64,000 bases of DNA, from contig JBHJGN010000004.1 of NCBI GenBank assembly GCA_050331735.1, positions 1 through 64,000 of the forward strand, read 5' to 3'. The stretch comes from Cyanophyceae cyanobacterium (lineage in GTDB: Bacteria; Cyanobacteriota; Cyanobacteriia; Cyanobacteriales; JBHJGN01). Made by a program: the position numbers and the translations under genes. Of the stretch, positions 48,582 to 57,794 are shown piece after piece; position 1 is the stretch's first letter, and the number at the start of each line of letters is the position of its first letter. The notes below the pieces were generated by a model. It had not been told where the DNA came from. It saw only the letters and a program-made list of their open reading frames with translations, and ran no database searches.

Positions 48582-49520
48582 CTACTGATATAAATTAGAA
48601 GCTTTGAGCATGTGGTAGGTGATCAACAACTGCGTCAGCGCCAACGGGTAGCTTTGAATCGTTTCTCCGGTCGTGCCGACGACTTTACCGATGGTGATTT
48701 CGCTTTCTATCCGACAGACATGCGCTAGTTCAGGAACTTCAGAGCAAATCGTTTTTTCTAGGTCCGTTACTTGTTCTTTGGTAGCATGCCCATCAATTTC
48801 CAATACGTCAACGGGCTTGCCCATATCGCGGTCCAAACCTAAACGAATTGGAGACGGAGAGTGCAGGTGATGGGAATCAAGAATTTCGATTAAGTCTGGA
48901 TGGGGAATTGTTGGTCTGAGAACCAGCCGCACATTGAGACGACTATTACTTTCGTGGGATTCTGATTCCGGCGGATAGAAACTAACGATTAGATCCGCCC
49001 ACTGACGCTGAGGACGGATAAACTGCTCAGAATCGGGTTCGCGCTTTTTTAGCGCTCCAATCACTTGTTCTTCGGTGTAGCCGCGCTTGCGAGTGTCCCG
49101 CTTAACTTTCCAGGTTGTGCGTAGCGACTCTGGAGGAGCTAAATAGACCTTGACATCATACGCATCTCGAGCCCCGCGCGTATAGTATCCTAGTAAACCT
49201 TCAACAATGACAAACTGAGTCGGCTTAATGTATTCAGGCGGATCGAAGTCTCCGGTATCGTGGTTGTAAATTGGCTTGAGAATCGGCTGTCCGCTTCGCA
49301 ACAGAGTCAAATGCTGCTGCATAATATCAACATAGTTACAGTCAGGATTAAGGGCGGTAATGCCTAATTCGGAACGCTGCTTGCGGTTGTAGCGATGATA
49401 ATCATCGGTACAGATTACTGTTACTTTGTCTTCTCCGAGTATTTTTGCGATCCCTTTTGTTAAAGTCGTTTTCCCGGCGGCACTGTCACCCACAATACCG
49501 AGAATAATCCGTCGAGCCAT
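48582..49520 (-). CDS. prk: Phosphoribulokinase-family kinase (non-canonical paralogue)
   Basis: GDSAAGKTT, VICTDDYH, KPIYNHDTG, IVEGL, WKVKRD..RG, FIRPQRQWAD. Confidence 0.82.
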   Translation of the reverse strand: MARRIILGIVGDSAAGKTTLTKGIAKILGEDKVTVICTDDYHRYNRKQRSELGITALNPDCNYVDIMQQHLTLLRSGQPILKPIYNHDTGDFDPPEYIKPTQFVIVEGLLGYYTRGARDAYDVKVYLAPPESLRTTWKVKRDTRKRGYTEEQVIGALKKREPDSEQFIRPQRQWADLIVSFYPPESESHESNSRLNVRLVLRPTIPHPDLIEILDSHHLHSPSPIRLGLDRDMGKPVDVLEIDGHATKEQVTDLEKTICSEVPELAHVCRIESEITIGKVVGTTGETIQSYPLALTQLLITYHMLKASNLYQ

Positions 49521-50065
49521 AAATTTCCCCTCAGCAGAAGTAAATGGTGCTTGCAACTCTCAATGGGATTAATTGTATAGGGAGAAGCAATCTCCTCGCA
49601 AAGCAAGCTGTCACAAATTGCGTAGCGGCAGCAAGACTTGAGCGGAAAACCGTCTGTCCTGGCGTAGAAGCAGACGCAATTGTTAGCAAAGCAAAACAAG
49701 AATGAGCTGAGAACATAGAGCATTAAAAATGTAGAAACAACCAACGCTCGCCGGAATTATCTAGAGTACTTCCGTGGAAAATCGACAATGCTCTACCGAT
49801 AAAGCGCTAAGTTTGTTATAAAAGTGTTGCTTTGACCCATAAAGATGGTTGAGCTTGAGCTGATGCTCATTTACTTTATTAGGAGCTTTAAAGCTCAAGT
49901 AAAAGCAGTCTGATCGAGTAAATTTCTGGTTCTAGCAAATCTAACCAACAAGGTTATACAAACATTGTTGAGCTGGGAAGATTAGAGTAAATTGCTTATT
50001 GGATTGCTATATCAATGTGCAGATCGATTCAAAACACTCATATGAACATCTACTTTCATCAAAAC

Positions 50066-51040
50066 ATGCTGCGGTATTTAGGAATTTTGGCTGGTGCAGG
50101 GGCGCTGCTGATTGGGGTAGCGACTGCTGACGCACAGGCCCAAACAAATGATTCTGATTCAGCGATCCAGCTTGCCCAAAATCAGGAGAGGCGACGGGTT
50201 GCAGTGCTTGATTTCGACTTTAGCAGCATTAGTTCTCCCGATCTGCTGGCAGCCTTTCCGGGAATTGCGAGAGGAACGAGCGAGCTTTTAACCAATCAGT
50301 TGGTTAATGAAGGCTCGTTCTCTGTCGTGGAGCGCAGCCGCATTCAAAAGATTTTAGACGAACAGGATTTAGGCGAAGCGGGCAGACTAGATGCCAGTAC
50401 GGCTGCTCAAATTGGGCGAGTATTGGGAGTCGATGCCGTTATTGTGGGTAGCGTCACTCAGTTTGACGTGCAGGAGGAAAGATCTGGATTTAGCATTGGT
50501 GGCTTGTTTGGTGAGAGAAAGCGTACCATGACCGCTGATGTTCAGCTCAATGCTCGCATGATTAACACTAACACCGGAGAAATCATCTCAACAGCGGAAG
50601 GAACTGGCCAAGCCGAACAGCGCGACGGTTCTACTCAAGTTCTAGGAGTCGGTGGCGGTAGCGAAACAGATAATCGGCAGCAGCTTCTCAGCGAGGCGAC
50701 GAGACAAGCCGTGGCCGCCATTACCAACCAGCTAACCAATTCATCGGGGGATGTCGCTGCTGTCGGCAGTGGTCCTGAAGCAGCTCTCATTGCTGATATT
50801 ACTGGCGATACGGTAGTCCTGAATCGAGGCACTGCCAACGGCTATCGTCAAGGAATGCAGGTAGCGGTTGAGCGAGTTGCCAGAGAAATTAAAGACCCCG
50901 AAACCGGAGAAGTAATTCGCCAGGTAACTGAGCAAATTGGTTTGATTGAGCTCACAGACGTTGATCAATCCTCCAGCTTAGGGAGAATTCTATCGGGCTC
51001 TAACTTTCAAGTTGGAGACACAGCGAAACCCGTTCAGTAA
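50066..51040 (+). CDS. CsgG/HfaB-family secreted protein with extra C-terminal domain
   Basis: Signal peptide; RVAVLDFD, FSVVERS...ILDEQ, QIGRVLGVDAVIVGSVTQF; start uncertain (50015-50066). Confidence 0.82.
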   Translation: MLRYLGILAGAGALLIGVATADAQAQTNDSDSAIQLAQNQERRRVAVLDFDFSSISSPDLLAAFPGIARGTSELLTNQLVNEGSFSVVERSRIQKILDEQDLGEAGRLDASTAAQIGRVLGVDAVIVGSVTQFDVQEERSGFSIGGLFGERKRTMTADVQLNARMINTNTGEIISTAEGTGQAEQRDGSTQVLGVGGGSETDNRQQLLSEATRQAVAAITNQLTNSSGDVAAVGSGPEAALIADITGDTVVLNRGTANGYRQGMQVAVERVAREIKDPETGEVIRQVTEQIGLIELTDVDQSSSLGRILSGSNFQVGDTAKPVQ

Positions 51041-51170
51041 AGCGCCTGCGGCGCGGGAAAAGGGCAAGGGGTAAAGGGAAAAGGGAATTATTCTTAAGCT
51101 TGTTCCTCAATCCTGTGTTCTTTTCCCGTCCTGGAGGGACGATTTCCCCATTCCCCGTCCCGAAGGGACA
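51041..51170 (+). repeat. Composite dispersed repeat
   Basis: Begins immediately after the stop; hairpins at 51042, 51128, 51157; core TGTTCCTCAATCCTGTGTTCTTTTCCCG. Confidence 0.8.
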
Positions 51171-51197
51171 TATAATAATCGAGTTCGATTATTGTCT

Positions 51198-52661
51198 ATG
51201 ATGAGCAGCGATCGCCTCCCGGATTGGCAAAATTCAACCATTTTGATTCTTGGCGATGCCATGCTAGACTGCTATCTTCGCGGCACATCGACTCGTCTTT
51301 GTCAAGAGGCTCCAGTGCCTGTGGTAGCTGTTGCTGAGCGCCGGGATGTCCCTGGAGGAGCGGCTAATACAGCAGCCAACGTCAGCAGTCTTGGCGGCAG
51401 AGCGATTCTGCTGGCGGTGATTGGGGATGACGATGAAGGTTGTCGGCTTCAGCAAAGCCTTCAGCAGCAGGGAGTCAGGACCGATCGCCTTTTGGTGGAT
51501 GCCTCCCGCACAACGCTCACGAAGCAGAGAACAATTGCCGCTTCTCAACTGCTAGTGCGGGCCGACTGGGGCAGTACGGCGGCGCTCTCGCACTCTACTG
51601 AGCAAAAGCTGCTCGCTAGTCTCCAGGAGCTGTTCCCCACCTGCGATGGAGTGATCGTTTCTGATTACGGCTACGGCATCCTCACGCCACGAGTCATTCG
51701 AGCCCTGTCCGAGCTTCAGCGCCAGCATCCGCGCGTGGTTGCGGTGGACTCTAAGCAGCTAGCTGCCTATCGCGAGGTGGGCGTGACCGCCGCTAAACCA
51801 AACTATGCGGAAGCCATACAGTTGCTCAACTTACCTGTAGTGGAAGAGGAGCGGGTGTCCCAGCTCAAAACCCAGGGAGAGCCACTGCTGACGCGGACAG
51901 GAGCCAAGCTGGTTGCCGTGACGCTAGATAGAGAGGGAGCGCTGGTGTTCGAGCGCGATCGCTCTCCGATTCAAACCAGTGCAACTCCCACCTCAAACTT
52001 GCAGGCAACGGGAGCTGGCGATACCTACATCAGTGCGTTAACCCTAGCGTTAACAGCTAACGCTCCCGCTGCTGTTGCCGCGTCTTTAGCAGCAGCGGCA
52101 ACAGCAGTTGTCGTCACCGCAGCAGGCACGACCACTTGTCGAGCTGACCAACTACTTGCCATAGCTAATCCAAAAATCAGCCGTGAGCGATCGCACTTAG
52201 CCGCGTCAGTCCAGCAATACCGCGCCGCTGGCAAACAGATTGTGTTTACCAACGGCTGTTTTGATATTCTTCATCCCGGACACGTTACTTATTTGCAGCA
52301 GGCCAAGGCCCTGGGAGATATTCTGATTCTCGGCGTTAATTCTGATGAAAGCGTCAAAGGTTTAAAGGGCCCCTCCCGCCCCATCAATCCTTTGGCAGAT
52401 CGTCTGACTGTCCTCGCGGGGTTAGCTAGCGTCGATTATGTAATCGCCTTTGATGAGGCAACTCCCATTGAGCTGCTCAAAATTCTTCGTCCTGATATTT
52501 ACGTTAAAGGCGGCGACTATACGCCAGAGACTTTGCCAGAAGCCCCAGTCGTGAAAGAATTAGGAGGGATTGTCAAGATTCTCCCCTTTGTAGAGAACCG
52601 CTCGACAACGGCAATTATTGAGCGAATCATGAGTCCCTCTGAGACGAGAAAAGCGCCGTAG
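51198..52661 (+). CDS. hldE: Bifunctional heptose-7-phosphate kinase / heptose-1-phosphate adenylyltransferase
   Basis: GDAMLD, EAPVPV, GGAANTA, TGAGDT (PfkB); FTNGCFDILHPGH, KGGDY, STT. Confidence 0.9.
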   Translation: MMSSDRLPDWQNSTILILGDAMLDCYLRGTSTRLCQEAPVPVVAVAERRDVPGGAANTAANVSSLGGRAILLAVIGDDDEGCRLQQSLQQQGVRTDRLLVDASRTTLTKQRTIAASQLLVRADWGSTAALSHSTEQKLLASLQELFPTCDGVIVSDYGYGILTPRVIRALSELQRQHPRVVAVDSKQLAAYREVGVTAAKPNYAEAIQLLNLPVVEEERVSQLKTQGEPLLTRTGAKLVAVTLDREGALVFERDRSPIQTSATPTSNLQATGAGDTYISALTLALTANAPAAVAASLAAAATAVVVTAAGTTTCRADQLLAIANPKISRERSHLAASVQQYRAAGKQIVFTNGCFDILHPGHVTYLQQAKALGDILILGVNSDESVKGLKGPSRPINPLADRLTVLAGLASVDYVIAFDEATPIELLKILRPDIYVKGGDYTPETLPEAPVVKELGGIVKILPFVENRSTTAIIERIMSPSETRKAP

Positions 52662-52893
52662 GCGCGAAGGGTAGGTAGGTGGCGACAGAAACAGCTAAAA
52701 GGGAATCAGTGTTCGGTAGTTGTTTCCAATAGAGGGATTCATGAATTGGCGGTTATAAATTGAAGCCTCTCTCTCATTAGTAATCAGAAGAATGTTTCAA
52801 CTTAGAACAATCAGAAAATAACTATTACTTCCTTTTCCCTTCCCCTTTTCCCATAGCTAAGGTGCTTGCATAACACTATCAAGTTAAATTTGT

Positions 52894-54003
52894 ATGGCGA
52901 AAGATTGGCAAAACGCAAGAAACGTTCTTTGTGTGAGGCTAGATACGATTGGCGATGTGATTATGACCACGCCTGCCATGCGGGCGTTGAAATTAGCTCA
53001 TCCCGAGCGTCGCCTGACGCTGATGACTTCTTCGGCGGGAGCGGTGGTTGCACCACAAATACCGGAACTGGACGACCTGATCGTATACGACTCGCCCTGG
53101 CTGAAAGCCACGGTCCCGCGAGTCGATAGTCGCCCAGAATTTGAGATGATTGAACGGCTCCGAGAGTACCGCTTTGACGCTGCCGCGATCTTGACAGTTT
53201 ATAGTCAAAATCCCCTGCCCTCGGCGTTTCTACTCTACATGGCCGGGGTTCCCCTCCGCTTAGCTCACTGTCACGAAAACCCTTACCAACTGCTGACCCA
53301 CTGGATCAAAGACCCAGAACCGAACCAGTTTACCCGCCACGAAGTCCAGCGTCAGCTCGATTTAGTGGCGAGCGTCGGCTGTCACCATGATGACAAGCAC
53401 ATGAGGCTCTACGTCCCCGAAGCCGCTCGAAGACGCATTCAGCAGCTTCTCCACCCCCTTAAGCTGAAGGAGCGATGGGTTGTCATCCATCCCGGCGCGA
53501 CGGCTCTTTCCCGGCGCTACCCCCCAGAAAGCTTTGCCGCTGTGGCCCGTCAGCTTGTTTTAGAACACCACCTTCAGGTTATTTTTACGGGAACTCAACC
53601 AGAGCAGGAACTGGTTGAATCGATTCGCACTCAGATGCAGGCTCCGTCTCATTCTTTAGTTGGCTGCTTGAACTTGAGTGAACTAACAGCATTACTGGCG
53701 ATCGCCCCGCTGCTCATCTCCAACAATACTGGACCGGTCCACGTAGCGGCGGCTGTCGGCACTCCCGTCGTCGATCTGTACGCTCTCACCAATCCGCAGC
53801 ATACTCCCTGGGGAGTCCCCAGCCGCGTTCTCTTCCACGATGTTCCCTGCCGCATCTGTTACAAAAGTATTTGCCCAGAAGGACACTACCGCTGTCTGCG
53901 CCTAGTTGAACCGGAAACCGTTGTTCAGGCGACCCTGGAGCTGCTGACAGAAGCTGACACTGCTCCTGACTTTACTCCCCCCGTACTCATTCCAACTGCT
54001 TAA
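52894..54003 (+). CDS. GT9-family (heptosyltransferase-like) glycosyltransferase
   Basis: RLDTIGDVIMTTP, IHPGA, NNTGPVHVAAAVGTPVV, CRICYKSICP. Confidence 0.9.
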   Translation: MAKDWQNARNVLCVRLDTIGDVIMTTPAMRALKLAHPERRLTLMTSSAGAVVAPQIPELDDLIVYDSPWLKATVPRVDSRPEFEMIERLREYRFDAAAILTVYSQNPLPSAFLLYMAGVPLRLAHCHENPYQLLTHWIKDPEPNQFTRHEVQRQLDLVASVGCHHDDKHMRLYVPEAARRRIQQLLHPLKLKERWVVIHPGATALSRRYPPESFAAVARQLVLEHHLQVIFTGTQPEQELVESIRTQMQAPSHSLVGCLNLSELTALLAIAPLLISNNTGPVHVAAAVGTPVVDLYALTNPQHTPWGVPSRVLFHDVPCRICYKSICPEGHYRCLRLVEPETVVQATLELLTEADTAPDFTPPVLIPTA

Positions 54004-54030
54004 AGACAATTGAGGGATAAGAGTCAGCCA

Positions 54031-54357
54031 TCACATGCGTGAGAGAGCCGCTATTTTAACGCGCTTGTCCTTATCGAGAGCCTCTAGTTCATTGAGATGC
54101 AGCCATCCCTGTTTCAGTAACTTGGCGAAGACAAACAGAAGAGCAGAGTAGCTATAGTCGTACTTTCCATCAATTTCGTGTCTTCTAGCACTTAAGTAGT
54201 CATGCAAACGCCACACATCGTCAAGTTCTGCAATTACACTGGCTTTCTCGTTAATTTCCTGAATTAAAGCAGTTATTTCTCTGCTGTATGCTTTTTCAAA
54301 GACTTCCTGGGCAGCCCGCTTCTCAGCTTCGGACCACCTAATTTCGCTCTCTTGCAT
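54031..54357 (-). CDS. frp: Fluorescence recovery protein
   Basis: WRLHDYLSARRHEIDGKYDY; downstream of ocp. Confidence 0.95.
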   Translation of the reverse strand: MQESEIRWSEAEKRAAQEVFEKAYSREITALIQEINEKASVIAELDDVWRLHDYLSARRHEIDGKYDYSYSALLFVFAKLLKQGWLHLNELEALDKDKRVKIAALSRM

Positions 54358-54617
54358 TACTAAACTAGAATTATGTATTGAATATTATCTATAGTTTAGC
54401 GCGATCGTTACCATCCTATCTCTCGTCTCAGAATAATCTAAATCGCTTACCTTAGCAGGTTCAGGCCGCTGAGCGCGTCGCATTGCCTGAAAAAAGCTTA
54501 AACATCTTTTTATTTCCTCCGCTCCTGCCGTGTGTCTCTATAAACACGAAGCGCCCCTATTCAAAGAGCGCTCCGCAACCATCAGTCAGTTTTACCTCAC
54601 TGGCGCTAAACTTTTCT

Positions 54618-55577
54618 CTAGCGAGCGAAGTTTAATAGTTCTTTGGGAGAGGCTAGCAAATCGATGGCGACAAAGAAAATCTTGTTCTGAGGATTCAGCA
54701 AAAATCTCCAGGCAATATTCATACCCACCTGAGCACCAAACCAAGGAGACTGTACTTTACCCGTGACCTTTACCTGAGTGTAATCGTCTTCAGCCGGTTC
54801 AGACACTCCTTGTTCAGGCGCGACCTTGAGTCTTTGGCATTCTTCTCGAAAGAATTTCATAATGGCGTCTTTGCCAACAATCGGTTTTTGAAAAGGAGGT
54901 TGTAGAGCCCCGTCTGGTGCAAAGAGGTCAATGAGTGCTTCAAAGTCATTCGCATTGAGGTTGTTCATATAGCCCAGTATCGTCGGGTTTGTAATACCCT
55001 CAATACTAACTTTGGTCCGCTGTGATATTTCTTCAGGAGGAACAACAGGTTCGCTCACTCTAGTGTAATTCTCTAGCTTACTGGGGTCGAATCCCATGTC
55101 CAGAACAGAATTGCGGAGAACCGTAATTTGCTGACCGGACTCTAAACTTCTAATGGTCTGCAAGATGGCTGATGCATTAGCAGAAAGTTGATAGCCTTTA
55201 GGAATCGGAGCCACCAGTCCCTGTTCCATCAACTGCCCTAGCTGATACCAAAAACCGAGCTTGATGTTTGGAGTCCAGGTCGCATAGGTTCTGCTAACGG
55301 GAGTATCAGCGCGGTTAGCCAAGTCACACATGACCTGCGATTGCTCCAGAGGAGACATTTGCTGAATTTGTTTAAGAGTCTCCTGGGCAAACTGCATACT
55401 TGCTGCCCCAGGAGCAGCAACGGTGATGGTTTTCCCCATTTCGAGATAGGCAAACCAAATGAGGGCGAGCTGATCTTCGGCACTAAGCTGGCTGAATCTA
55501 GCGATTGTAGCTGGCACTGCATCGGCGGATAAAGTATTTGGAAAAATGCTGCGAGCTGAATCGATTGAGAATGGCAT
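54618..55577 (-). CDS. ocp: Orange carotenoid protein (OCP1-like)
   Basis: MPFSIDSARSIFP; equivalents of R155, Y201, E244, W288 present; linked frp. Confidence 0.97.
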   Translation of the reverse strand: MPFSIDSARSIFPNTLSADAVPATIARFSQLSAEDQLALIWFAYLEMGKTITVAAPGAASMQFAQETLKQIQQMSPLEQSQVMCDLANRADTPVSRTYATWTPNIKLGFWYQLGQLMEQGLVAPIPKGYQLSANASAILQTIRSLESGQQITVLRNSVLDMGFDPSKLENYTRVSEPVVPPEEISQRTKVSIEGITNPTILGYMNNLNANDFEALIDLFAPDGALQPPFQKPIVGKDAIMKFFREECQRLKVAPEQGVSEPAEDDYTQVKVTGKVQSPWFGAQVGMNIAWRFLLNPQNKIFFVAIDLLASPKELLNFAR

Positions 55578-55761
55578 GATATCTACCTTTAGCTAAATTC
55601 ACAGTGGGAACCAGTTAAACGGCTTGGCTTTTGTCGCAACGCCTAACTAGCTCAAAATCACTATAGATCATTAGGGCGTATTAAAACGGGAACTTCTCCT
55701 CAAAGAGGCAAAGATCAGCTAGAACGGACCCAGTTGTGCCGCAGACCTTACCTGAGTCAGT

Positions 55762-57516
55762 CTACTCAGGTTGCTCGCTAATCCACGCGCCGAAAGCATC
55801 GACAGCAATCTTGTTGTCTACAGAGTGACTGGCATAGGGAGGATACAGGGCAACAACATGCGGAACGGGACGCGGAACGTACCCAACTAAAGATTCTCCG
55901 GCATAAGTCAGGGAGGTACTCGCCCCGGAATCGAGCATCACAGCATCGCGAAAGCCGAGCTGATACAGCACTTCCCCGAGCGTTACCGAATCAACCATGT
56001 TTTTCGAGACCCCAATAACCGGCTGTCCGGCTTGATTAATGCCCCAGAAAGCCCGGTGCCGATACGCATCGAAATCAAATAGGCTACCAAAAGTAGCAGC
56101 GGGTTGAGGCTGACTATTTTTCACGAGCCATGCTGCCCCGACAAAAGCATCCGTGACGGATGCCATTTCTGAGAGCACCCCGGCTAAATCATTGTGTTCC
56201 TCATAGTCGAAGGGAACGAACTTGACTGCCTCGGGTCCGATTAGAACGAGCGGTCGCCCTTGGAGCTTCGGAATCTCTCCGCGATAGCCTGGAATAAACT
56301 GCTGATGGTTGGCGCTTAGAACCGGTCCAATCATCACGTTGGAGTCTAAATACTTTAAGGAGAAGAAACCACCATCAACAGCGGCGACGGCATCGGTTCC
56401 CTCTAATATTTCTGGCACTTGGTAACGACTATCGGCATGAATGGTGTTCGGTCTACCACCGGTAATGAGGATGACACTAATATCGTCTACCGTGTGTTCT
56501 TGCTTACGAATCGCGGTTGTAAAGTTAAATCCGCCATCTTTTCTGGGCAGAGGATGGCCGCCCCAAGCTTCGGAGACCACCGCCTCTAAGCGAGACTGCC
56601 CGAAGCGACCGATAGTGAGTAAATCTTGCGAGTCTCCGGCAAAATGTTCGTCGAGATCGTCCATAGACAAAGCGGCTTTATATCCGGCAGCAGCGACAAC
56701 CTCTTCTACCCGTTCGTCTGAGCGACCCACTGGATAGGTGAAGTAGTCAATAGTAACAGCTAATTTCTCTTCAAGCAGTCGTTTGGATTCAAAAACTTCC
56801 GCCTCTAGCTCCTCATCAGACAAGGTTCTGAGATCGTCAGGATGAGTAATACTGTGGGAGGCAATCGTCACGAGGGGATCGGCGGCCATTTCTTGAAGCT
56901 GCTTCCAGGTAACGCTCGTTCTGCCTCCGGTTAGCTCCATTTTTTGGGTATAGATGGAAAAAACCGCCGGGTAGCCGTATTTTTTCAGGAGGGGGTAGAC
57001 ATGCTGATAATGCCCCCCATACCCATCGTCGAACGTCAGCAGAATGGGCTTTTCGGGAAGAGGAACTCCGGTGCGGAGGTGATTAACAAGCCAGTCCAGA
57101 GAGATAGGCGTTAGTCCCTCTGATTCGATCAGTTCAAAATCTGCCTCGAGTTCTTCAGGAGTGACATCAAAAAACACCTCTTTTTCCGGGAGGATGTCGT
57201 GATACATCATGATTGGCACCCGAGCCAGTCGGGCATGGTCGTGGATTTCTGGCCAGGGACTCGGTTGCGGAAACCCAAGCGCAATAAACTTTGTTTGAGC
57301 GCTCAGGGGCAATTCTAGCTCTTGAACCAAAGGGTCTGTCCAGGATGTTGAAGGGTCAGTGAAGCTGCTAGCAGGGGCATTGGCAGCAGTATCGAGGGTG
57401 CGAAGGCTTCTGATGGTTAGGAACAGGCAGGCGGCGATAAACAGGAAACCGCCACAGATAGCAAAGGGCTTGAAGGAAAAGGAGCGGCTCGCTGCTTCCT
57501 GAGTTGGGGGAGTCAT
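55762..57516 (-). CDS. Polysaccharide deacetylase fused to a phosphodiester-glycosidase-like domain
   Basis: MMYH, LTFDDGY, SHSITH, FTYPVG; C-terminal DGGFF...AVMLDSGASTS. Confidence 0.85.
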   Translation of the reverse strand: MTPPTQEAASRSFSFKPFAICGGFLFIAACLFLTIRSLRTLDTAANAPASSFTDPSTSWTDPLVQELELPLSAQTKFIALGFPQPSPWPEIHDHARLARVPIMMYHDILPEKEVFFDVTPEELEADFELIESEGLTPISLDWLVNHLRTGVPLPEKPILLTFDDGYGGHYQHVYPLLKKYGYPAVFSIYTQKMELTGGRTSVTWKQLQEMAADPLVTIASHSITHPDDLRTLSDEELEAEVFESKRLLEEKLAVTIDYFTYPVGRSDERVEEVVAAAGYKAALSMDDLDEHFAGDSQDLLTIGRFGQSRLEAVVSEAWGGHPLPRKDGGFNFTTAIRKQEHTVDDISVILITGGRPNTIHADSRYQVPEILEGTDAVAAVDGGFFSLKYLDSNVMIGPVLSANHQQFIPGYRGEIPKLQGRPLVLIGPEAVKFVPFDYEEHNDLAGVLSEMASVTDAFVGAAWLVKNSQPQPAATFGSLFDFDAYRHRAFWGINQAGQPVIGVSKNMVDSVTLGEVLYQLGFRDAVMLDSGASTSLTYAGESLVGYVPRPVPHVVALYPPYASHSVDNKIAVDAFGAWISEQPE

Positions 57517-57794
57517 ATTCCTCGGTTAGGCGAACGGTCAATTCGTCTGATATTGTAAGCGATCGCATCCAGTTTACTGTGCAGTTATCAAGGAAGCACT
57601 GTTGCTGTCTCAATCAATCCATTTTTTGTAGAAATAGTTTTAACCAAAGCGCCTATTGGGGGTCAGAATAGAACCTTTCTTTCGACTGAGGAAGACGAAT
57701 AGTCAATTGGTGTACAACTAGAAGTAGCGCTCTGCACTCGTCCTAGTAAGAGTTTCAACGCAGACAAAATTATTTCGTTAAGTTCAGTCAAATT

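Noticed and set aside
5773..52665. CRISPR array interpretation of the hairpin repeats
   Set aside because: Dispersed, variable in sequence, no regular spacers and no cas genes
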